Shown here one piece after another: positions 32,123-40,835 of a DNA stretch of 40,835 bases (position 1 is the first letter of the stretch; each line of letters starts with the position of its first letter). The position numbers and the translations under genes were made by a program. The notes under the pieces were generated by a model. That model was given only the letters and a program-made list of their open reading frames with translations, ran no database searches and had not been told where the DNA came from. The stretch comes from Octopus bimaculoides (taxonomy: Eukaryota), in NCBI RefSeq assembly GCF_001194135.2, contig NC_068996.1, positions 49,324,810-49,365,644 of the forward strand. The letters run 5' to 3'.

Positions 32123-32613
32123 CCATTTTCCATACTAGCATCATTTGAATGGTTTGACAGGAGCTGGAGGGCCTATGCCCAAGCTCTGCTGTCTGTTGGA
32201 TGGCCTTCCCAATGCCAAATGGGTTAGTTTTCTGAAGGTTTGTTCAAAGCATAAATCCTTTAAGGTATAACTTACACCATGGGGTTTGGATGTTGGTTCT
32301 GTTGTGTGTCAAATACTGAATTACAAATAGAATGCAAAGACTGTGAAGTAAGCCAATGTGTCCATCAACACTTGAGGTTAAAATGGTTAAATAACTAAAC
32401 TATTGGACAACCAATTCCTGGTTTACTGATCGTTTATTGTATATTCCTCGTTCTACCTACATTGCATTAAATGTTCCTCGCTGGGAAAGTTACCAAAGCT
32501 TCTAGAAAGGTTACCTGCTATTAACTGATATTTTCTTATACAGGAAGAACTTTCATACCCCCTCCCTCTTTCTCTCTCTCTCTCTCTCTCTTATTTTCTG
32601 CTTAAACATTATA

Positions 32614-32968
32614 AAAGCTTGCTCACAAAGCACATGGTTCTGGGTTCAGTCCCACTGCGTGACACGTTGTGCAAGTGTCTTCTACTATAGTTTCAGGCCA
32701 ACCAAAACCTTGTGAGTGGATTTGGTAAACGGAAACTGAAAGAAGCCTGTGCGCGCGTGCACGCGCGCATATGTATGTGTCTGTGTTCATATCTGTCTTT
32801 GTCTCGTCACTGCTTGACAACCAGTGATGGTGTGTTACTTCCCTGTAACTTAGTGGTTCAGCAAAACAGACTGATTAGAATAAGTACTGAGCTTAAATAA
32901 ATAATAAGTCCTGGAAGTCAATTTGTTCGACTAAAACCCTTTAAGGCGGTGCTCCAGCATGGCCACAA
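32614..32968 (+). mobile_element. Family A SINE, near full length
   Basis: Colinear with the 2601 copy. Confidence 0.8.
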
Positions 32969-33477
32969 AAGTGTAAGTACTAGCCCTATGGAGTTAATTC
33001 ACAAAATATTTAATGAACATAATTGGTTTGATTCAACACACTACACACCCCTGCCCATTCACCACACCTCTTTATCTCCCTCTCTCTTTCTCTATCTCTC
33101 TCTCTCACACACACACATACCTTCACTCCCCACCTACTCTGTCCCCTACTCCACTCACTATGTCTTTGTTACACACCCTCTGCATCACCTTCTCCACACC
33201 CCTGCATGGCATTTTTCATTAGACCCCTAACTCTTCCCTCTCCCTAATCCCCTTTATAACACTCTCTTCACCACATCCACTTCACTCCTTTTCTGCAAGA
33301 ACAAAACCCCTTCACCAAAATAGGCTTTACCACAGTCCTTTCATCCCCCACTACTACCACTTATCCCAACCGCTTTGCCACACATCCATTTTACCCTCCC
33401 TCTCCCCCTTTCCCACAGCCCCTTCCCTTTCACCATAATTCCTTCATTGGAAGCCAATGAGGGGATCTTCTGCATAG

Positions 33478-33668
33478 TAATTTGACCCGCTAGAAATAGC
33501 AGCCACAGTCTCCCTCAAATCATGTCCTATTATCTTAAGAAAAGAGTAACCTTAGATAATGTGATCCCAGGTTCCTTGTCATAGAAAATTAAGAAAGGGT
33601 GGTCATGACTGGAAAGCCTTTGATCTTAGGTTTGTTTGGTTAAGTGTGACTAGGATTTAAGCAACAAA
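33478..33668 (+). mobile_element. Dispersed repeat family F (also ~355-480 -, ~23590-23760 +, ~26960-27180 +, ~31315-31485 -)
   Basis: Shared gaaatagcagc.aaat..ccctcaaatca and ggtcatg.ctggaa.gcctttgatc...tgac.tgggg.t.aa.caac blocks. Confidence 0.5.
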
Positions 33669-33794
33669 CTCCTATGATTACACCCTTTCACCATGGTTCT
33701 TTGATTGCACTGCCATCCCTATAAAATTTGGGCCCGTGGCCTCACTAAATCCTCAGTATTGAGTGCAACAAATTTTGTCTTATACTTCTTAACC

Positions 33795-33960
33795 CTTTCA
33801 TTACTGTATTTTTATTGCATTACCTTTGTTTCGGTTAAGTTTGAAGATAATAAAAAGTTTAGTAAAATAACTTTGTCGTTATTAAACTGGTGTTTGAGAA
33901 ACATAATACAAAATTTTGATGTGAGGTTTTAATTTAGATTACTTTAAACCTATTTTACCA
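33795..33960 (+). mobile_element. Truncated piggyBac-like MITE related to the 39.4-40.3 kb array
   Basis: ttaaccctttcattactgtattt...tttagtaaaataact shared with the array unit. Confidence 0.55.
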
Positions 33961-34124
33961 TATTTCTCTTGAAATCCATTATCCTTGTTTCATTTAATTT
34001 TGAAGATAATGAAGAATTATATAGGAGTGGCTTTGTGATAAGAAGCTTGCTTCTTAGCATTTAAACCAGCCAAATATTTAAACCCTTTAGCATTCAAACT
34101 GGCCATATCCAGCCCAAATATTCT

Positions 34125-34361
34125 AATTTCTTTATTGCCTACAAGGGGCTAAACATAGAGGGGACAAACAAGGACAGACAAATGGATTAAGTCAATTACA
34201 TCAACCCCAGTGTGTAACTGGTACTTAATTTATCGACCCCGAAAGAATGAAAGGCAAAGTCAACCTCGGCGGAATTTGAACTCAGAACATAACGACAGGC
34301 AAAATACTGCTAGGCATTTTGCCCGGTGTGCTAACGTTTCTGCCAGCTCGCCGCCTTTTAT
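34125..34361 (-). mobile_element. Family B SINE, full length, 17-bp TSD
   Basis: tccagcccaaatattct at 34108-34124 and 34362-34378. Confidence 0.9.
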
Positions 34362-34485
34362 TCCAGCCCAAATATTCTGTTTTATGTTCAAACTGATCAG
34401 ATCTGGCCTCTTACATTTAGCCTACAATGTCAGTCTAAAAATGAACAATCACTACAATGAAATCTCAAAAGCAACGAGATTATGC

Positions 34486-35065
34486 ATGGCTCTGTGGTAA
34501 GAAGCTTGTTTTCCAGTCACAATATTCCAGGTTCAGTCCCATTGTGTGGCACTTTGGGAAAGTGTCTTCTACTATAGCCTCAGGCTGAACAAAACCTTGT
34601 GAGTGGATTTGGTAGATCGAAACTGAAAGAAGCCCGTCATGTACAGTAATTCCTCACCATATCACGATTCACCTATCGCAATTATTATTCATTATTTACG
34701 TCGATTCTTCCATGGTGTTGTTTTGCATTTATAATAGAATAAATATATACAAATTATAAAAATAATAATAAAAAGTATACAGTACAGTACTGTTTCCACC
34801 TAGTGGATTTTCACCTACCTCTGGGGATTTTGGATAGTCAAGGGATTACTGTATATATGTGTGTGTGTTTTCCCCCACCCCTACCATCGCTTGACAACTA
34901 ATGTTGGTGTGCTTACATCCCCGTAACTCAGTGGTTCATCAAAAAGAGACCAACAGAATAAGTACCAAGCTTATAAAGAATAAGTCCCGGGGTCGATTTG
35001 TTTGATTGAAGGTGGTGCTCCAGCATGGCCGCAATCATATAATTAAAACAAGTCAAAGAGAGAAT
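34486..35065 (+). mobile_element. Family A SINE interrupted by a pogo-like MITE
   Basis: 5' half 34486-34641, 3' half 34852-35065. Confidence 0.75.
34644..34851. mobile_element. Tc1/pogo (Tigger)-like MITE with TA target duplication
   Basis: TA|cagtaattcct ... agggattactg|TA, inserted in the microsatellite core of a family A SINE. Confidence 0.65.
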
Positions 35066-35394
35066 AAGCAGAGTATTTGACAGAGTAATCTGAATGCTAA
35101 AGGGTTAAAGCAGAAAATCTATATCATAGAACCAAGAGCAACGTCAGGCAGGTTGCCCGCAAAAGGGTTAAGCATTGAGGATTTTAAGATAAAGGTCATT
35201 GTTGTTTCGTATGGTGTCTTCCTTTCACAGCTGCTTCTTTACATTAAGGGTCCATCACATTGTGGCTGTTTTATGATGATTCAATAATCTTGAAAGGCAA
35301 GTTCTGTTATGATTCAATTATGCTGGCACCAACAGAAAGAAATATTATTTGGCAGCATCAGCTTAGACTGTTTGGTCATGTTTCTTGATTTTCT

Positions 35395-35665
35395 GAGATT
35401 TTGGATAGTGCTTACCAAAAGTGGTTGGCATTTGGAAGGGCATCTTGCTGTAAAAACCATGCCAAAACTGACCTTGCTTGTGCTGGTGACACATAAAAAG
35501 CATTCTGTCCACTCTGCAGGGTGGTTGGTGTTAGGAAGGGCAACCAGCTGTAAAAACCCTGCCAAAACAGACAGCGAAGTATAGTGCAGTCTTCTGACTA
35601 GCCAGTTTTCAGTCAAACCGTCCAACCCATGCCAGCATGAAAAGCAGATGTGAAATGATGATGAT
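35395..35665 (+). mobile_element. Family D retroposon
   Basis: gggtggttggtgttaggaagggcaaccagctgtaaaa...ccaacccatgccagcatg...atgatgatg. Confidence 0.7.
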
Positions 35666-35745
35666 TATATGTTTTGTATTTGTGCTTTGTCTCCACCTCC
35701 CACCACTTCGTTTTTTTTTTTAATTCATATTTTGCAATTTCCTGT

Positions 35746-35747
<2 letters not shown>

Positions 35748-35800
<53 letters not shown>
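35748..35800. repeat. (CT)n microsatellite
   Basis: Direct reading. Confidence 0.95.
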
Positions 35801-35803
<3 letters not shown>

Positions 35804-35822
35804 CTTTTCCTTATATGTATAC

Positions 35823-36030
35823 ATGTTCGTGTTTGCCCCCACCACTGCTTGACAGCCAGTGTTGCTTTGTTTACATCCTCATGACTTACTGATTCAGCAA
35901 AAAGTGACCAAAAGAGTATGTACTAAGCATAAATAAATAAATATTGGGTGTGGGGGTTGATTTGTTTGACTAAAACCCTTCGGATATTGCCCCCAGCATG
36001 GCCACAGTCCAGTGACTGAAACAACAGAGA
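35823..36030 (+). mobile_element. Family A SINE 3' half
   Basis: ctgcttgacagccagtg...cccagcatggccacagtccagtgactgaaac. Confidence 0.7.
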
Positions 36031-36244
36031 GGTAAGCCATAAAAGAAAGACCACCCACACACATACACGTTCACACCCCAAACTCCCTATCTTTTCAACT
36101 CACTTTCTCTTGTTTTCCAACTGGAGTATCCGTGTGTCTACTCCACAGCAAGACAGTTATACGTATGTGTCCCATTTATACCTTGAATCTCTCAACTGGC
36201 ACAAAGTCACAAAACCTCAACACCACTCCCCGACCTCCTTGTTG

Positions 36245-36742
36245 AGGGGTTTTGTCTTGCCAGGTACTTGGTGATCCTGTCAGTGCTGGCGCCACATAAA
36301 AAAAGTGTCACATAAAACCACTGGTGTTGTTGGTGTCACATAAAAAAGCCCTGGTGGTACTGGTGCCATATAAAAATCACTGGTGGTGTTGGTGCCACAT
36401 AAAAAGCAATGGTACTGGTGCCGCATTAAAAGTACTGGTATTGGTGCCATGTAAAAAAAGCTCTGGTGCTGGTTCCACATAAAAAAAAACTGCTGGTGCC
36501 ATGTGGAAAGCACTAGTGCTGGTGTCACGTTAAAAGTACTGATATTGGTACTGCTGGTGCCATGGAAAAAGCACCCAGTACACTCTTTAAAGTGGTTGGT
36601 GTTAGGAAAGACATCCACCCGTAGAAACCATTCCAGAACAAACAATGGAACTTGATTCAACTCCTGGCCTTGCGAGTTCCTATCAAACTGTCCAACCCAT
36701 GCGAGCATGGAAAACAGACGTTACATCACGTTAATGATGATG
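36245..36742 (+). mobile_element. Family D retroposon with an expanded internal minisatellite (~11 units of ~25-31 bp, ggtgccacataaaaagcactggt)
   Basis: Array 36286-36575, followed by the family D 3' part and (atg)n tail. Confidence 0.7.
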
Positions 36743-37814
36743 ATATACATACTCACATACAAACACTAAATGTTTTTATAACACTGCCTGTTTTTTCTTT
36801 CTTTTGTTATTGGATTAATGTAGAATATCAAACAAAATTAATGGAAAACAAGTGATATGGCATATTCTATATACTTGTTGTCGTCTCCATTATCAACACC
36901 AGAGGAGATCATTTATCACATTTTCAAATTTGTAATTGATTGCTCTTGTTCTAAATAAATAATAAGGAAAACAGGAAAAATTATAAACCCTGTTAAAATA
37001 TTTATATGCCAAAAGATATGCGTATTGCATGATTTAATAATTCTAAATGTCAAACTTCCCTCTTGAAATATGTGTGTACGCATGTGTTTGTGTATGTGTG
37101 TGTTTAAGAATATCGAATTTATTTTGCAAAATATTATTTCAAAGATAAGTTGTTTTATGTAAAAATACACGTGTGTGTGTGTGTATATATATATATATTG
37201 TTACATGTATATATTTGTGTGTATATGTATATATAAATTAGGCAATCCTTTATGATTCCTTGGCAATGCATGAATACATATAATTAACATGTATTTTACA
37301 CTCATACATACATACATATTTATATATACATTGATATACACACTTGCACACACATACACACACATATGTATATTAGATATGTGTGCATGTAGATAGACAG
37401 ACAGACAGACGTACATTTTAATTAAATGTTGTTTCAGTTGCATACACTGAATTTTTATTCAGCCCTAGGGGCTTTTCCCAATACCAGTGAATGTATTTTC
37501 CAGTTTCATATATAGTGGAGAGAGCACATTTCATCTGGACATGTGATTTGTAAGTACATGTCATTGCTGAGATCAAAAGTGGTCGAAACATATCTGGTGT
37601 TCTTGAGAGCTTCAGCTGGAACCATGTTTATTAGGCTCTATTCTGTATAATTTTTAACACAGCATGTCTACAAAAGAATTTTCTCTCAGCAAAAGCCACA
37701 GCATCATCCTTTTCAAGGTATATATACATAAAGTCTGATACACAAGATGGCTAGTTCAGTTTAGTGCTTTTCCAATTGCATACATCAAGTGTGTGTGTGT
37801 GTGTGTGTGTGTGC

Positions 37815-38600
37815 ATATAGGTGCATGCTTGGATGTGTGGTAAGAAGTGTGCTTCCCAATCATGTGGTCCTGGGTTCAGTTCCACTGCATGGTACTTGAG
37901 GTAAGTGTCTTCTACTATTGCCCTCAGCTAACCAAAGCCTTGTGGGTGGATTTGCTAAACAAAAACTGAAAGAAGCTTGTCATATTCTTTCATTCTTTCA
38001 CTTGTTTCAGTCATTTGACAACGGCCATGCTGGAGCACCGCCTTTAGTTGAACAAAGTCTAGTACTTATTCTATCGGTCTCTTTTGCCAAACCACTAACT
38101 TATGGGGGAGTAAACACACCATCATCGGTTGTCATGCTATGGTGGGGGGACAAATAGACACGCATATAACAAATACATACATATATATATATATATACGA
38201 CAGGCTTCTTTCAGTTTCTGTCTGCCAAATCCACTCACAAGGCTTTGGTCAGCCCAAAGCTATAGTAGAAGACACTTGCCCAAGGTGCCACACATTGGGA
38301 CTGAACCCGGAACCATGTGGTTAGTAAGTAAGCTACTTACCATCAAGCCACTCCTTCACCTATATATAAATTCATATTATAGGTGTGTGTGTGTGTGTTT
38401 GCATTCATTCCACCCACCACCACTTGACAACTGGTATTGGTTTGTTTAAGTCCTTGTGACCTAGTGGTTCAGCAAAAGGAACTGATGGAATATGTACCAA
38501 GCTTTAGAAAAATAAGTATTGGGGTGCATTTGTTAAACTAAATCATTTAAGGTTGTGCCTCAGCATGGCTGCCGTCCAATGACTGACACAATCAGAAGAT
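37815..38600. mobile_element. Cluster of family A SINEs: + 5' half (37815-37985), - full copy (38000-38358), + 3' half (38385-38600)
   Basis: Each piece aligns to the 2601 copy in the stated orientation. Confidence 0.75.
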
Positions 38601-38724
38601 GAAAGATAAAGATATTGTTGTATATTATTTGTATAAACACAAGTAAGCATAATGGTGCAAAATAAGGTGGGAAAATAGAACTTGAATACCAAGGGTAGAG
38701 TATTATACTGTTTTATTAAAACCA

Positions 38725-39058
38725 AGGTGCATAGCTCAGTGCTTAGAGCATCAGGCTCACAATCATGAGGTAGTGAGTTCGATTCCCAGACTGAGCTGCA
38801 TGTTGTGTTCTTGAGCAAGACACTTTATTCCATGTTGTTTCAGTTCACTCAGCTGTAGAAATGAGTTGCGACATCACTGATGCCAAGCTGTATCAGCCTT
38901 TGCCTTTCCATTGGATAACATCAGTGGTGGGGAGAAGGCGAGGTTGGTATGCATGGGCAACTAATGATCTTCCATAAACAGCCTTGACCAGATTTGTGCC
39001 TTGGAAGGGAACTTTCTAGATGCAATCCCATGGTCATTCATGATCAGAGGGAGTCTTT
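38725..39058 (+). mobile_element. Family C-related SINE variant
   Basis: ggtgcatagctcagtgcttag head, gagttcgattccc B box, gtgttcttgagcaagacacttt core. Confidence 0.65.
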
Positions 39059-39059
39059 A

Positions 39060-39087
<28 letters not shown>

Positions 39088-39093
<6 letters not shown>

Positions 39094-39180
39094 CATAAGC
39101 ATGGCTGTGTGATAAGAAGCTTGCTTCCCAACCACATAGTTCTAGGTTCAGTTCCACTGTGTGACACCTTGAGTAAGTGA
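39088..39180 (+). mobile_element. Family A SINE head fragment
   Basis: catggctgtgtgataagaagcttgcttcccaaccac...ggttcagttcc. Confidence 0.65.
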
Positions 39181-39249
39181 TATCGGGAGAGAGAAAGCAG
39201 TAAATGTAAGGATAAACAAGCTATGTAGGTCAATATACAAAGAATAGTC

Positions 39250-39382
39250 TTTTCTACTGTAGGCACAAAGTCCGAAATTTTTGGGGGAGGGGCCAGTCAA
39301 TTAGATCGACTGCAGTACGCAGCTGGTACTTAATTTATCAACTCCGAAAGATGAAAGGCAATGTCAACCTCAGCAGAATTTA
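39250..39382 (-). mobile_element. Family B SINE 3' part
   Basis: ctggtacttaatttatcaactccgaaagatgaaaggcaatgtcaacctcagcagaa. Confidence 0.7.
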
Positions 39383-39396
39383 ATATACAAAGAATA

Positions 39397-40294
39397 TTAA
39401 CCCTTTTGTTACTGTATTTCTGTTGAGAAGCTCTGTGTTTCTTTCAATTAATTTTAAATATAACAAAGAATTTAGTAAAATAACTTTTTTTTAGTACAGA
39501 GCCAGAGGCAGTTTCAGCTGGGTTGGTATCAAAAGGGTTAAGAATTGTTTCTCTATTATATATTTTAACCCTTTTGTTACCATATTTCTGTTGAGATGTT
39601 CTGTGTTTCTTTCAATTAATTTTAAATATAACAAGGAATTTAGTAAAATAACTTAGTAATCATTCAGCTAGTGTTAGGAACATAAATTGTGACTAAGGTT
39701 TGGTGGAAGATTTTAATTCAGAACTTTTGTAAACAAGACATTTGTACTACAGAGCCAGAGGTGGTTTCAGCTGGGTTAGTATCTAAAGGGTTAAGAATTG
39801 TTTCTCTATTATATATTTTAACCCTTTTGTTACTGTATTTCTATTGAGATGCTCTGTGTTTCTTTCTATTAATTTTAAATATAACAAAGAATTTAGTAAA
39901 ATAACTTAGTTATCATTAAGATAGTGTTAGGAACATTAATTGTAACTAAAGTTTGGTGGAAGATTTTAATTCAGAACTTTTGTAAACAAGACATTTGTAC
40001 TACAGACCCAGAGGTGGTTTCAAGTGAGTTGGTATCTAAAGGGTTAAGAATTGTTTCTCTATTATATATTTTAGCCCTTTTGTTACCATATTTCTGTTTA
40101 GATGCTTTGTGTTTCTTTCAATTACTTTAAATATAACAAGGAATTTAGTAAAATAACTTAGTTATCATTCAGCTAGTTTTAGGAACACAAATTGTGACTA
40201 AGGTTTGGTGGAAGATTTTAATTCAAAACTTATGAAAACAAGACATTTGTACTCAGAACCAGAGGTAGTTACAGCCCGGTTGGTAACAAATGGG
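39397..40294. mobile_element. Tandem array of four piggyBac-like MITEs (TTAA-CCCTTT...AAAGGG-TTAA), period 253 bp
   Basis: Copies 39401-39537 (internally deleted), 39569-39790, 39822-40043, 40075-40294; identical spacer gaattgtttctctattatatatt between copies. Confidence 0.85.
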
Positions 40295-40544
40295 TACAAA
40301 AGAAGTATATATATATATATTTATGTATAAAAAGCTTACACAGAATAGAAATGATACTAATGCTTTTGTGTAAGATCTTTTTATATGTAAGTATATATAC
40401 TGCTTTTGTATTTAATATTCTTTGTTAACTAACTTGCATATACATACATTTACTCCTCTACCCGCTCAAGTTTAAAGCTCTTGAGTGATGTTAGGTGTAT
40501 TCTATATGGGGAATATCTGATTCTCCTCTATGAACTATATATAT

Positions 40545-40835
40545 ATCATCATCATCATCATCATCATCATCGTTTAACGTCCACTTTCCATGCTAGCATG
40601 GGTTGGACGATTTGACTGAGGACTGGTGAAACCGGATGGCAACACCAGGCTCCAATCTAATTTGGCAGAGTTTCTACAGCTGGATGCCCTTCCTAACACC
40701 AACCACTCAGAGAGTGTAGTGGGTGCTTTTACGTGTCACCCGCACGAAAACGGCCACGCTCGAAATGGTGTCTTTTATGTGCCACCCGCACAAGCCAGTC
40801 CAGGGGCACTGGCAACGATCTCACTCGAAAATCCT
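40545..40835 (-). mobile_element. Family D retroposon, young copy, runs off the window
   Basis: (cat)n tail abutting (TA)n; CpGs retained. Confidence 0.85.

Larger units (their letters stand above)
34083..35104. mobile_element. piggyBac-like MITE split by nested insertions
   Basis: Left end ccctttagcattc (34083) is the inverse of the right end gaatgctaaaggg followed by TTAA (35105-35108). Confidence 0.7.

Noticed and set aside
32265-32347. Candidate exon (GITYTMGFGCWFCC...KDCE) or SRCR-like WGLDVGSVVCQILNY
   Set aside because: Weak acceptor; the SRCR-like frame is bounded by stops; no partner exons.
36286-36575. Short-period array resembling CRISPR
   Set aside because: Eukaryotic context, degenerate units without unique spacers, internal to a retroposon.
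36280-36708. 142-aa minus-strand ORF
   Set aside because: Translation of the family D element and its internal minisatellite.
37504-37716. Two splice-site-bounded segments in non-repeat DNA
   Set aside because: No recognisable peptide; such sites are expected by chance.
2601-39180. tRNA-like A/B boxes as tRNA genes
   Set aside because: All continue into SINE bodies; no complete cloverleaf was seen.

Overview
AT-rich animal genomic DNA with nine N-gaps, dense (TA)n/(CA)n/(CT)n microsatellites and a large share of dispersed repeats. The SINE/MITE repertoire looks like an octopus (coleoid cephalopod) genome; this is recognition from memory, not a database result. No intact multi-exon gene is supportable. 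The only clear host-protein homology is an intronless, highly divergent DRAP1 (NC2-alpha) histone-fold copy at 11063-11570, with an ATA start and three indels. Mobile content: four tRNA-SINE-like families (my labels A-D), a 5'-truncated CR1-like LINE whose 3' hairpin covaries with the family A SINE tail, and mariner-, pogo-, piggyBac- and hAT-like MITEs, including a tandem piggyBac-MITE array and a four-layer nest. The most striking unexplained signal is seven type I hammerhead-ribozyme-like motifs of at least four architectures, sitting in Penelope-like relics and often beside (TA)n tracts. Several long foldbacks also occur, one with inward telomere-like repeats. Most repeat boundaries were read by eye (+/-10-20 bp), and ORF-track entries spanning N-gaps or microsatellites are artefacts.
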